Shown: positions 38,801-52,516, numbered from the stretch's first letter. The stretch: 64,000 bases of DNA from Octopus sinensis (GCF_006345805.1 NC_043000.1:33728001-33792000), one strand, 5' to 3'. Numbers and translations: made by a program. The notes: a model not told the origin generated them from the letters alone.

Positions 38801-41149
38801 CCTACATTTTCCACGAAGCTTTAAATTGTTCGTGAAAAGGGAATTATTCGTTTCCCATCACACTTATGCTTTTCAAGAGACTATTCTTCATCAGCTTTAC
38901 AATCACCGACAGAATGATCAGCACTGTTACAAGAAGAGGCTGCTCTACATAAAGACTCTTCCTTTAATCAGTACACCTGTTTGTCTTCCCACCACCTGAT
39001 TCTAACATCATTATTATTTACCTTTTTAGAAAACTGCTGTATGAGTTATATGCTTTTAACAGTGGAACTTGAAGTAGGTAATACCATAAAGAAAACCATG
39101 ATATTCTAGATGGTATTTCTATAACATATACCATATCGGCTTAAAAAACTCTTGGATAAAAGAAAGTCGAAGGCTGTCCGCGAAATTCGAACCTATGCCG
39201 TACGTCAACATTACAGATATGCTATTATACTAAAGTAACTCTTCGTATTGCTTCTGTCGGTTTATAAAAGCTTTGTTCTTATCAGCCACAATTGTATGCT
39301 GTTTACATCATAAGATTTTTTTTTATTAAGATGCTATTCGATGCCACGCAGATGTGTGCATCCTTTCAGCATGTCGCTGTGCAGCTATTTTCGATAAAAG
39401 ATATGGTGTATTGTAAAACCTCAACAATAACGGCAGATTAGAAATTATAGACGTTGAGTGCTTGAGCGATTTGGATAGTCCAAAAAGCTTATGGACACAC
39501 TTCGTAGTTTCTCTTTTAACAGGTGTCTTTTACAACTTGCGACAAAATGCTAACATTCCCCGGTGTGTTATACAAGAAGTGCATGATGTGACCAGGTACG
39601 TGTAGACCTGTACAATCTCTAGGATAATTACGATAGCCACCTTCTCATTCATCGTAACGGAAGCAGCTAATAAACTTATCAATCTATAGTTTTCCTAGGG
39701 CCAGCCATTTTGTTCAGGGCATGTGTGTGTGTGTGTATGGGGGGGGGGTATTTTCCGTTTACCTAGTTTCAGCGGTTGGGTCACTTCAATCTTCAATGGA
39801 ATCTGCTTCTGTTACGCTCTAGTTTCCCTCTTACCAGTCTGGAGTGGTTCCGTTTTCGCAACGTGTTCTAGCGGATAGAAAGTCTATCTTCTACCAGCAC
39901 AGCAGATGGACGGGGGACCCACTGCACCGTGGTTGATATTGTCCGGGCATGCACTGAGATAATGAGGTCTCCTGAGACTGCTAATAGGACCACTCTTTGT
40001 GAGTTACATTTTCCTCTCGGTTTGAAACATTGACAGAGATGCGACTCTTTGTTAATCGAAGATCAACAGTGGGCGTCTGAGATCTAGAATGTTCTTAAGA
40101 TTCTTACTTCTTCAAGAAATACAGTCGTTGATATTTCTCTACTTGCATTTTTGGCTAAATCTGTGCTTGGTAACAATAGTAACGTTTTCAGGAGACACAG
40201 AGTATCAGCAGTGACACAGGGTGTCAACAATGACACAGGGTGTCAGCCTGGAAGACGTTCATCACGGGATCAAATAAGTAACTTCCAGAAATATCTGGCC
40301 TTATTTGCTATTGGGGATGAGTTGTCAGTTAGGGATTTGTTCCGCCCGAGAGGCGTGCAGAGTGGCGAAATCGTTCTGTACGTTTTCAGTCAATGATTGA
40401 GCTTTACTCAGTTATTTTCACCTTTTTTTTATTTCTCTTTATTTGTTTCAGTCATTAGTCCGCGGCCTTGCTGGAGCATCGCCTTTAAGAATTTTTGTGG
40501 AACGAATTAACTCCGGCACCTAAGTTTTCTCAAACCTGGCACCTACTCGATCGGTCTTCTTTGCCAAACTGTCCCAACAGGGACGCAAACAAACCGGCAC
40601 CGGTTCTCAAGCAATGGTGTAACACACACACACATGAATATATGTACATATACGACTTGCTTCTTTCAGTTTCCATCTCCAATATCCACTCTGAAGGGCT
40701 TGATCGGTCCAATGCTAGTGTAGAAGGTACTTGCCCAAAAATGCCAATCAGTGAAACTGAACCCGGAACCGTGTGGTTCGGAAGCAAACGTTTTAGACAC
40801 GCCTGTGCCTGCGTTCGAAATGGATCTGCCTACAGGCCGAGTCATTTTGATCGTAGGGGCGGACTGTTATGATGAAAAACATTGGATGGAAGGAGCGAGA
40901 TCGGGAGGACTCAAAAAAGATATTTCTCTTTCAGGCCAACCCCCTCATCACTTTCTTTCAGTTGGAGAGGAAATAGCTGGGAGTCGGGGGGTGACAAGGG
41001 GCTGTCCTCCTGTTTACTGAATGGCCTCAACGAATGAAGCTACACACAAAATGCATCTATTGCGAAACTATGAAAGGTCTTTGATGTGTGGCCTTCCTCA
41101 ACTTCCCCTATATACCCCTCGTTTTATTCTAACATCTCAGTCCATCCTT

Positions 41150-41656
41150 CTTTTTCTTCTTCTTCTTCTTCTTCTTCTTCTTCTTCTTCTTCTTCTTCTT
41201 CTTCTTCTTCTTCTTCTTCTTCTTCTTCTTCTTCTTCTCCTTCTTCTGCCCCTCATCCTCCTTCTTGTTCCTCCTCCTCCCCACCTCTTCTTTTTCTTTT
41301 TCTTCTTCTTCTTCTTTCTCCTCCTCCTCCTCTTCTTCTTCTTCTTCTTCTTCTTCTCCTCCTCCTCCTCTTCCTCCTCCCTCCTCTTCTCCTTCTGCCC
41401 CTCCTCCTTCTTGTTCCTCCTCCTCCACACCTCTTCTTTTTCTTCTTCTTCTTTCTCCTCTTCTTCTTCTTCACCTTCCTCCTCCTCCTTCTTCTTCTTC
41501 CGCCCCTCCTCCTCCTTCTACTTCTTCTACTTCACCTTCCTCCTCCTCCTCCCTCCTCCTTCTTCCTCCTCCTCCTCCTCCTTCTTCTTCTTCCGCCCCT
41601 CCTCCTCCTCCTTCTTCTTGTATCTCCTCCTCCTCCCCTCCTCCTCTTCCTTCTTC

Positions 41657-41688
<32 letters not shown>

Positions 41689-41770
41689 CCTCCCCCTCCG
41701 CCTCCTCCTCCTCCTCCTCTTCTTCTTCTTCTTCTTCTCTTCTTCTTCTCCTTCTTCCTTTTCTTCTTCC
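41150..41770. repeat. (TTC/TCC)n polypyrimidine tract of ~620 bp with higher-order subrepeats
   Basis: Nearly purine-free. Repeated cttctgcccctc..cttcttgttcctcctcctcc and cttcttccgcccctcctcc units. Confidence 0.95.
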
Positions 41771-42109
41771 CTGTTTTTCTTATTCGTTTTCGTAATCTCC
41801 CCTCACCCGTCCAACTTGGTTTTATTTATTCACCACAATTTATTAATGGTGAATAAATAATACCAAAGAATTTTTTTCCAATCTTCTATTTTCATATTAT
41901 TACTCTGCAAAAACTATTTCCCACAAACAAATATAACATCGTCATACAATTTCTATATCTATACATATATATTTATAGTCTTAACTATCTCTCTCTCTCC
42001 TCTCTATATATATTATATATATATATATATTATAATATACATACATACACACGCACGCACACACACACCACACACCACACCACACACACACACACCCCCA
42101 CACACACAC

Positions 42110-42173
<64 letters not shown>

Positions 42174-42372
42174 GAATGTATATTTTTCAATGTGTACAAA
42201 TAACACGGAATAAATAAATAGTTACCAGAGCAGCAAAAGTTCACATAAGTGCCAAGGATATTACAGCCTACTTATAAACGTAGAAATTCCAGGGTTGAGC
42301 GAAATGTTTTTAAATAACATAGATAAATTAAGAAATGCAGTCAAACGCAGGTGTTATTCAAATTATTTATAC

Positions 42373-42459
42373 TTCCAACATATGTTTCGAAGAAAGCATT
42401 GAGATTATTCCGGGAGGAATAAAAATGATGTAAAACAATGCAATCATCTCGTCAGGGAA
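42373..42459 (-). ncRNA. Type I hammerhead ribozyme motif in a PLE terminal repeat, copy 1
   Basis: TTCC-CTGACGA-GATGATTGCATTG...CAATGCTTTCTTC-GAAA-CATATG-TT-GGAA. Stem I has 4 bp, stem II 10/13, helix III is palindromic (ACATATGT), triplet GUU. Confidence 0.7.
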
Positions 42460-42945
42460 AAAAAAGATAAACGAACCACATCAATCAGCCATTTTAACCG
42501 AATGTGATCACCGCATATATGATGAAGGGGAACGCTAGGAAATTATTATTATTTTATTTAGAAAAAAACGATAATAGATTAACGTCAAAGGTAATTTAGA
42601 GAAGAGAAGAAAGAAAGAAATTAACAGAAAATTAAGAGGGGAGAAATATAATGTGATAGATGAATAGGAATAAAGCTTACAAGCGTGGAAATAGATATAT
42701 GCATATATGGAAATGAAATGTAAGAAGACAGTTAAAGATCAAATTTTATAGATTTGTAGAAATTACTTATAAGAACTAAAGGTATATTTCTGCCAATATT
42801 TACAACGGTAAACGCGTTCTTTAAACTTGTTTAGAAGAATATTCTCTGGTTTTTAAAAAATAAATTGCCAGCGTTCCCCTTCATCATATACGCGGTAATC
42901 ACATTCGGTTAAAATGGTTTATTGATGTGGTTTGTTTCTCTTTTG

Positions 42946-43031
42946 TTCCCTGACGAGATAATTGCATTGTTTTACGTCATTTTATGCCCTCTGGAATAAT
43001 ATCAATGCTTTCTTCGAAACATATGTTGGAA
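42946..43031 (+). ncRNA. Type I hammerhead ribozyme motif, inverted copy 2
   Basis: TTCC-CTGACGA-GATAATTGCATTG...CAATGCTTTCTTC-GAAA-CATATG-TT-GGAA. Core is identical to copy 1 despite flanking substitutions. Confidence 0.7.
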
Positions 43032-43073
43032 GTGTAAAGATTTGAATAACACCTGCGTTAACTTCATTTCTTA

Positions 43074-43149
<76 letters not shown>

Positions 43150-43218
43150 GTGTATCTCCCTCTCTGTATATATATATGTCCGTGTATAATATATCTAAAA
43201 TAGAAGCACACTCTACGG

Positions 43219-43513
43219 TAGTGGTTCCCAAAGTGGGCAGGAGTCCCCACCTAGGGGCGGTGGAAAGATCCAGGGGCTGCGTTGAAGAAAAATGGAACGA
43301 TAATGTGGTGATCAAAACGGGGCAATGGATGTAAAAACAAACAAACAAACAAAATAAAGGGTTAATTAGATTAAATTTTATTTGTGAAATACTGTTGTTT
43401 TGAATTTGCTGCCGAAAATGGTTTATGTCTGTGACGGTGAGGGGGTGGGGTGCACTTGGAATGTGGCCTTAGAACCAAGTGGGTGGCAAGCTGAAAAAGT
43501 TTAGGAACCACTG
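43219..43513. mobile_element. hAT (Charlie-type) MITE
   Basis: TIRs TAGTGGTTCCCAAAGT / AGTTTAGGAACCACTG. Degenerate 8-bp TSD ctctacgg / ctctaaag. Confidence 0.75.
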
Positions 43514-43547
43514 CTCTAAAGCATAGAGCAGTAATGTTTTTATATGC

Positions 43548-43770
43548 AGTTAAGTTTATGTCCGGTCATAGAATGATCAATGGTGTTGCATCTACAAAGG
43601 GCTTAGCCCCATGGACGGCTCGTCAGACACTAAAAACGAAGACAAATGTAACTCAGGGATGAAGAGTTATATCTGTCTTCGGTATTAAAGTCTGACGGGG
43701 TGGCCATGGAACTAAGCCCTTTGTGGATGCAAAACTATCAGTTACTCTATGATCGGACATAGACTTAACT
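43548..43770. repeat. Long imperfect hairpin (~107-bp arms, ~9-nt loop), MITE-like
   Basis: agttaagtttatgtccggtcatag...gaagacaaatgtaactc followed by its reverse complement, differing mostly by transitions. Confidence 0.8.
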
Positions 43771-44898
43771 ACACACACACACACATACGTTTTAGTTTTG
43801 CTCTAATTTGTACGATTTGCCCCCAAGTCTTAACCAGAAACAGGTGAGGTGCTATGCTATGGAAGGAAACTGATGTTTTGGGTGAAAAAAGCTGTTTTTG
43901 CTTCCATTTTCCCTCAATATATGAATGCTAGTTTGTTTTCGGTCTTTGTTTTACCTTGCCATTTGGGGACACATTTCGTTCGGGCATTGGCTTGTCTAGC
44001 TTCAATTTTTGGAAAAACATTTCTGACTTTATCGTTACCGAATGTGACATTATGGATTATTATTACGCTGTGGATCCTGATGCAAAGACTCGCTCTCATA
44101 TTGTGCTGCCTGCAATGATTTCTGGTCGGTGAGCTTTCCTAGGCTCCGTTTGTGGGGCACGTATTTCGGCAGCTCGTCTTCTTGACAGAACTGTAGTCCT
44201 AGGTGAGGAAACGACCGACATTGGGTTCATGGCACCTAGAATGTCGCCAGGCGCTCACAGCCCCCAACCAGTCGGGTAATGAACTGTCTAGTCCGTGCCA
44301 GAAGACTTTCCAGTCAGGGTCCATCAGGGATAAGTTTCAGGTGTTCTTGGCACAGTAGTGCTACTGAGATGCGTTTCCAGTTTGAGATAAACTCTACAGG
44401 CACGGATGTGTGGTCAGCCGGGCTTGTTCGAAGTATGAGCAGATCGACGAACCCATTCTGCTCGCACTCATTCAGTGTCCGGGCATTACTGACCTCTGGG
44501 GTTATGTCGAATAGCTGCTGTCGCATGTGGGACGGATCCATCTGTCGGCCGAGTCCATAGTGAGGATTGCCCCACCTATTTCCTTTACTCGGGCAGTTTG
44601 GTGAAGCAGGCTATTTTTGGGGCACCTTTTCTAACCACTTCTTCGGGTCATGGAGGTGAGCAGAGCGCTCCGAAAGAAACTGTTCAGGCAGCCAGGGGCT
44701 GTTGTGCTCCACTTCTGCTTCGGTCCAGTGGGAAATTACCCTGTGCCTTGAGCCGCCTCTGTATGTGACTGTAACTTCCATTGCATCTATACCTGCTGCT
44801 TTGTCATTCATCCATCGCTACAAGATTTGAAGGTGGGTCTCGCATGAGTGGATGTCATACACACACAAACACATATGTATGCATATGTATGTATATTA

Positions 44899-44974
<76 letters not shown>

Positions 44975-45073
44975 CATATATATATATAAAAACGGTAAGA
45001 TAAATTGATAAAAACGGTAAGATAACAAAAGAAAGAAAGGGACCTCGTTATAATGTAAATAAAGGAATTTATC

Positions 45074-45223
45074 TGTAAATGTAATATGTGACAATTATTC
45101 GGTAGCCAAGATAAAACTCCGATGGCCGGATAACTGAAGAGATGTGGCGTGGATTTCCACCTCGGCATCCAAAACTCGGAGTTTTATTTTGGCTACCGAA
45201 TAATTGTCACATATTACATTTAC

Positions 45224-45224
<1 letters not shown>
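45074..45224. mobile_element. Inverted PLE-type end (49-bp arms) between (TA)n tracts
   Basis: tgtaaatgtaatatgtgacaattattcggtagccaagataaaactccga at 45074-45122 and its reverse complement at 45176-45224 (1 mismatch). Confidence 0.65.
45130..45187 (+). ncRNA. Hammerhead motif with G12 changed to A (probably inactive)
   Basis: ATAA-CTGAAGA-GATG...CATCC-AAAA-CTCGGAG-TT-TTAT. Stems I and III can form, but GAAA is mutated to AAAA. Confidence 0.55.
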
Positions 45225-45266
<42 letters not shown>

Positions 45267-45923
45267 AGGAAAATAAGGAAATGGAGGTAAAATTGATAAT
45301 TGATAAACACCAATTAGCATTTATCGATTATCAAAAAAAAAAGAAAATGTGTCAACTGACGGCTGCTTCTGTTGGGGCTATTTTTGGTATTATCAGGCTT
45401 AATTATTACAGTAATAGTAATAATAATTATCATTGTAAATAATTAATCATACTAACTTAAATAGTGGAACTTCATTAGTGCGGAAAATAAAGAAAAAGAA
45501 ATGAAAAAGAAAGAGAAAAAAGTAAGTAAGGATATATCAATTGATGCTACATGCTATCCCTCTGAAAAACTTTTCGATTCTTTTCCTTACCTATCATTAA
45601 TGAACATTAATACTAATAATCATAATCCCATATATGTAAGATACCAGTAATTCATTGGGTACAAGTATCCCTTAGACGGTTGTTATAACCTCTAACTTAC
45701 CTCACCTCACCTCTCCCCCTCTCTCCCTTTATATATATATATATATATCATCTCCTATCAATCAGCCAATCAACCAATCAACCAATCAATCAATTAATGA
45801 ATAAATCAATCATTCAGTCTCTGTGTGTGTTTGTGTGTGTGTATGCGTGTGTGCGTCTGTCAATGTCTAATTGTCACTCTTTCTCTCTCTCTCTCCACAC
45901 ACACACACACACACCACACACAC

Positions 45924-46022
<99 letters not shown>

Positions 46023-46763
46023 TATATGTATAGGCTTGGCTGTGTGTAAGAAGCTTGCTTCCCGACAACTTGGTTCCGGCTTCAGTCCCACTGCGCGGGT
46101 CCTTAGGCAACTGTCGGCTATTATAACCTCAGACTGCCCTCCATCAATTCCATGCCTTGTGCATGGATTTGATGGAGGTGCGTGAGTCATGCAGGCCTGG
46201 TCAGCCATCAGGGGACTCACAGGAACCGATGCATGGTAAACTGTGGTAAGGCTTTTGTTCACTACAGAACATGTGCAACAAGTGGAAAGATGTGCCTCTC
46301 AGTTGGAGGATCGAAAAGGCATGTCAAAGACTTCATACTGTGGCACCTGTTCCCTCTGACAGCCAGTACAGTTGTGCATTATGTAATAGAATGTGCAAAA
46401 CTTTCGCCTGACTATAGAGTCATACAAAGGCCTCACATGCCATCAACATTGACTCATTTCAATTATTCTTTCTAGCAATAGCTTTGCTTGTATACGAGAA
46501 AGCAGCTAACATATGTGTGTGCGCGTATCTGTGTGTGTCTTTGTGTCTGTTTGTCACCACCACCATCACTTGACAACCGATGCTGGTGTGTTTACGTCCC
46601 CGTTACATAGCGGTTCGGCAAAAGATACTGATAGAATAAGTACTAAAGTTATAAAGAATAATCCTGGAGTCGATTTCTTCGACTAAGAAGAACCCATCTA
46701 AGGCGGTGCTACAGTATGGCCACCGTCAAATGATTGAAACAAGTAAAAAGAGAAAAGAAAAAA

Positions 46764-46832
<69 letters not shown>

Positions 46833-46879
46833 GTCTGTCTGTCTGTCTGTCTGTCTGCTTGTCAGTCTGTTTGTCTCTG

Positions 46880-46938
<59 letters not shown>

Positions 46939-47489
46939 GAAAAGATAGATAGAAAGATGGAGAGAGAGGGGGCAGAGAGAGAGAGAGAGAGATAAAGAGA
47001 CACAGAGAAAGGGGAGAGATCTTACATGTATGTTATGCGTAATGACGAAAAACTTAAGTGAGTTAGTAGTTTGACGTCATGATTGTCTTCCAAAGACGTT
47101 CTTTTGTTGAGCTTTAGTTAAAAAAAATTCCGCTTGTCAGTGTAAGAAGGTAATTACTAAATCCACTCACATACACACATATATACACAGACTAATACAC
47201 GCATAGGCAGACATACATATACATACACTCATAGAAATGTATTTTAGATATATATTCACACATAAATATATACACACATATATACAAATAAATATGTGTG
47301 TATGTGAGTGTGTGTGTATATCTGTGTGTGTATGTATGTATGCGCATATATATATTTACACACAGACACACACAGTCACATACACATAGATATATACCCG
47401 TTGTTGGTAATGATACGGGGGAGTGCTCAATATATATATATATGTAGCGAGCAGTTGTTCATTTTGGGCTGGCACTACCAATGTGTATG

Positions 47490-47526
<37 letters not shown>

Positions 47527-47814
47527 TTATATATATCTATATATGTTATATAAAGAGATAGATGGAGAAACAGGGGAGAGTGACAGAGGGAGAGAGAGAG
47601 AAGGCAGAGAGAGAAGGCAGAGAGGTAGATATGGTGGCGGGCATTATATACACAGAAACGAAAAGATCAAAGAATGTTAACGTTTTCCATTCCTTTGTAA
47701 ACGAGTCTTTTACTATTGTTGTGTAATCACTATTAACCGCATACACACCCACGCACGGACAGACCCACGCACACGCACACTCATATACATACTTACACTT
47801 ATATATATACATGC

Positions 47815-47867
<53 letters not shown>

Positions 47868-47974
47868 TGTATGTATGTATGTATGATTACACAGATACTA
47901 TACACAATAAACACACATTCATAATATACACATGCACAAACTTACGTAGACACACATACACGCACTCTTTTATT

Positions 47975-48160
47975 CTTTTATTCTCTTGTTCCTCTACTGG
48001 TTTGAGTCATTTGACTTCAGCCATGCTGGAGCACCGCCTTCATGGGTTTTATTGTTTTAAATCCTAGTACTTATTCTATGGGGTCTTTTTGCTGAACCGC
48101 AAAAGTTATGGGAACGTAAACACGCCAACGCCGGTCGTTAAGCGGCGATGGAGTACAAAC
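47975..48160 (+). mobile_element. SINE core/tail module (related copies at ~46550-46760 -, ~40425-40625 +, ~23520-23630 -)
   Basis: gtcatttgact.c.gccatgctggagcaccgcc...tacttattctat.ggtct.ttt.ctgaaccgc.aagtta.ggg.acgtaaacac. Confidence 0.7.
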
Positions 48161-48243
48161 ACATACAAAGACAAACACACGTAGGTACACACAAACACAC
48201 ACACACACATACACACGCACACATGCACATACTCATAATATAT

Positions 48244-48472
48244 ATTTCTTTACTACCCACAAGGGTCTAAACACAGAGGGGACAAACAAGGACAGACAAA
48301 GGGATTAAGTCGTTTAGATTGACCCCAGTGCGTAACTGGTACTTAATTTATCGACCCCGAAAGGATGAAAGGCAAAGTCGGTCTCGGCGGAATTAGAACT
48401 CGGAACGTAGCGACAGACGAAGTACGGCTACGCATTTCGCCCGGCGTGCTAACGTTTCTGCCAGCTCGCCGC
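48244..48472 (-). mobile_element. SINE family A, full length
   Basis: Near-identical to 32472-32699. Confidence 0.85.
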
Positions 48473-49024
48473 TGTGTATATATATATATGTGTGTATATA
48501 TACAGTATGTATATACATACACTTACATATAAATAAACAAGTATGTATGTATGCATGTATGTATGTATGTATGTATGTATGTATGTATGTATGTATGTAT
48601 GTATGTATGTATGTATGTATGTATTAAGGCTACTATTGATCTCTTGTTAAGAAAATCTCTTATCTCTTTTTTCCTGCCGATCACATGGAGGAATGGTGTT
48701 CTCCATTTTGTATGGAGTGTTGAGCACTCTTTCTCATTGTTCGACATTACGTATATATTTACACACACATACATATATATGACGTCAATATTATATGTGT
48801 ACATGTGCTTCTCTCTCTCTCTCTCTCTCTCTCCCTCTCTGTTCACACACGTACCCGCCATCAGAATAACACGCGCGGACATACACACATACACCCACAC
48901 AAATATATTAATATTTGTTTTTGTGTAAAGGTATAGAAGCAATCTAACTTAATTTTAGGATTACTGAATACATTTTTCGTGAGTACATATTGATTTTTTT
49001 TGGAACATACGAAATCTCTGTGCC

Positions 49025-49177
<153 letters not shown>

Positions 49178-49619
49178 GATGCCTTACTTGCATACTCCTA
49201 GTTTATCTCTTTGATTTTATTCTAGACGGGATTTCAGAAATGTTAAGTGACATTATGGGTTGGTGTTGATAAAGATGGAATGCCGAGTTAAATACAAAGA
49301 AATGTCTTTAATGTTTTAATAATGCTAACCCATAATAATTTACAGACGTGATGGGGACTTTTGCAATTAGATGTAAGAGTGGAACAAAGGATAAAGAAAT
49401 AGTAGAGACAAACCCGATGCGGATGATATATAATTTCCTACCATAAATTACAATATTTTTAAAAGGAGTCAAAATCCAGAAGTTTTATGTTTTGGAAAGT
49501 TTTCAGAAACATCTATTCACATTTAAGCGCGAAAACCAAAATCTTCGTATTTAGCGAGGAGTTAACTCCGTCTTAGAATTAACGTCAAGAAACACAATTG
49601 GCTCCAAAATATAACAGTT

Positions 49620-50380
49620 TTGTCAAATGTTTGGACGGAATCTTGCCATTCTGAGGTTAGCCACAGTATTCCTGTGTTTCCTCTTCCATCATCGAATTCT
49701 TTTGTCACTTATTCTGACAATATGACTAATCCATCTTCATGGAGATTGAAAAAGACAGAATTCAATGCCACCGAATTTACATTTAGAGAATCGTTCAATA
49801 TTTAAAATTCAATCATTCAGACTCTATCCCCAGATGATCCAAAAACATCGACAATGAAAGACATTAATCTGATTGATATATGATTAACAGGGCATTCAAG
49901 ACTCTGGTCTTTACATGAGGGTAGAATGGGTTTCAGCCTGGTAAATATGATTTTTTTATTGTAATAAAACGCCATGTTTATCCGTCGTTCAGTAAACCTG
50001 TTTGCCGAATGCATTTGTAAGCTTTGGTTATGCGGTCGACCATTTCATCACCAAAAGAGGCAGAGATGCTCTCCAGATATGTGAATGTCTTTAAATATTT
50101 CATGTTTTTGCCATTGTACATCTGAAGTGAGACCACCATTCCGCAGCTTTTTTTGTTTTTGTTGTTTTTGTGCCACTCGAAACGTCAAAAGAATCTAAAA
50201 GTTGATCGTCTGATAAAACAAAAGCTTTCATTCCTGCATCAAAGGAAATAAAACCATTTGAGTTTTTTTGAGAACTCTCCAAAGAACATTTTCGTCGACA
50301 GCATTGAACAGTTTGGTCAGAACTAGAAAACCATAAACAGTTCAGGATTGTTCTCACAAACTTTCTTAGTAAGTTAGAGG
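49620..50380 (-). mobile_element. RTE-like LINE RT fragments
   Basis: LTKLFNAVDENVLWRVLKKL (DLTKAFD.V.R..LW motif) and RWISHIVRISDKRI (RWAGHV.RM.D.R motif), with many stops. Confidence 0.65.
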
Positions 50381-50421
50381 AAGGTGGAGGGGATGTGGGT
50401 GTGGTGGAGAAGGAAAGGGAA

Positions 50422-50474
<53 letters not shown>

Positions 50475-50799
50475 AATATTTCTGTTGATAAGTCTGTAAG
50501 CCAAATTGAAAGTGTTTGGGAAACCTACAGTCATGATTCACTCCTCTTTCATTGTGTGCATGTGTGTGCGTGTGTGTGCGCGTGTATGCGTCTGAGAGAG
50601 AGAGAGAGCTTGTATGTGTGTGTGTATCACTTTATACATTGCATTGTCGTGCAGGATAAGAAATACATTTCTAGCCTATTTCTTGCAAGAGTTTTGTTTG
50701 TTAGGAAACGTTTTCCTGCCTGCGTTGTACATTTATAAACAGAATGTAACAAAAGGGTCTCTTTCTTTCCCTCTTTCGCTGAATACACACACACACACA

Positions 50800-50832
<33 letters not shown>

Positions 50833-52484
50833 GCACACACGCTCAGACACACATACACACATACACACACATGCTGTAGTAAGCCAACATGTAACACAGC
50901 TTTTCCTCGCATTATTAAGATTTACATGGAGCTGATCAAAGTTTCAGCTGGAGCGGTTTCACACGACGTTCCTGGAAACCCTTTGAAGATGCGAGAAGCA
51001 ACAAAAACAACAAAATGAAATAAACATGAGCCGGAGTAAAAACAAAAACAAAAAAAAACATAATGGTCTGTATTGGTAAAAATAGTTAATAAAAATTTAT
51101 AAATCGATTAAGTTTGCGTGAGAAGAGTTCTACAGAGAACTCTACGTGCATTTGTTTTCTTGTTAAAACCGAATCAAACTAGTTTTATTGTTATATTAGC
51201 GACGTTTTCTCAATATGTTATATTAAGGATTGCGAATTTGTGAAATTAGACGCCAAGCACGGAAATACTAAATTAAGTTAAATGAAATTAAATTATATTA
51301 CCTCTTGTCAGTTTATGAGGTAAAGTAAACGTAATTATAGCACTTGGTCTTATCGCTTTGTCTCTTGGAGTACCATGGTGTTTATTTGATTTTCTTGTTG
51401 TGACTGGCATACTTTCTCGTTAATGGTGCGTTCGAAAAAAAGAAAAATTAGCTTATAGAAAAAAACATAACATCACAGAGAAAACAATGTTAAAATAATT
51501 GTCCTTTCAGATCCGAACTGTAAAAGTGAATGGCTTTGTATTTACAAAGAATTACCAGCTTTTATTTATTTAAATTTTCTTTTTTCGTAGTACTTATTAG
51601 AAATGTTAAAAGCTTTTTAACTTCCATTCTGACCTAAAACTAAAAACACTTACATGGCACTTCACGTTTTTAATAACAATTAACAGAAACTTACTTTTAA
51701 TCAGCCATGGTCAATTTTAATAAACGGAAATTACTTTTAACTTCACGAATATTTCACAGAATTTTTGTTATGAAGAGATAAACCGCCGAAAAATTAGTCC
51801 TGAAACTCAGCTTTCAGTTCCAGTGATAACAATTGACTTTTACTTTCGTCCCTATTAATTCTCTTAGAAAGGAATGAACATCATATATTCCATTTTCCCA
51901 TCGTTGGTGTTAGGAAAGTTAATTACTTTTAGAGTGAATACAGTAATTGTCATTTAATCCAAGGTCAGAAATGACCTAGCAAGCCATGGATCAGTGACCT
52001 ACCAGCTATGACCACACCATTCTTTTTTCAGCGAGTGTATTTCTACAACCAGGCCACGTGCAATTTGAGGGAAATTTAGCTACTATTTCTACCAAGTCAG
52101 CTGATCGCATTGAGGCTCTTCTGTTGAGGTGGGTCGGGCTGAAGAGATGGATCGCCCTGGTTACCAATTTAATTTTATATCACATTTTGATAAAAAAAAT
52201 GTCTGTATTAAATAATTACTAAGACAACTTACTAACTAAACCAATTGTATTAAACAACCACTAACTGTATTAAGTAACTGTACTAACTTCCTAATTGAGT
52301 ACTAAGATTACTAACTCAGTAAATACTTTAAACTAATTATATAAACCAACTGTGTTAACAGACAGTATTAACGAGATGGCGGCGTCACTAGCAAACAAAC
52401 TAAACAGACCAAATAACAAACTACCTACCTACCTACCTACATACCTACCTACCTACCTACCTACCTACCTACTTACCTACCTAC

Positions 52485-52516
<32 letters not shown>

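Larger units (their letters stand above)
42324..43075 (-). mobile_element. Penelope-like element remnant: GIY-YIG C-terminus and 3' end, with ~210-bp inverted pLTR-like repeats
   Basis: Arms 42324-42537 and ~42868-43075 are inverted copies. The minus-strand interior encodes KPENILLNKFKERVYRCKYWQKYTFSSYK*, resembling the PLE C-terminal LLNKRSE..KCRH motif. Each arm carries a hammerhead motif. Confidence 0.7.

Noticed and set aside
43849-44820. Cluster of 60-90-aa ORFs in unique-looking DNA
   Set aside because: Interrupted in all frames with no splice-site-bounded exon. It is probably an old retroelement ORF, but not classifiable by eye.
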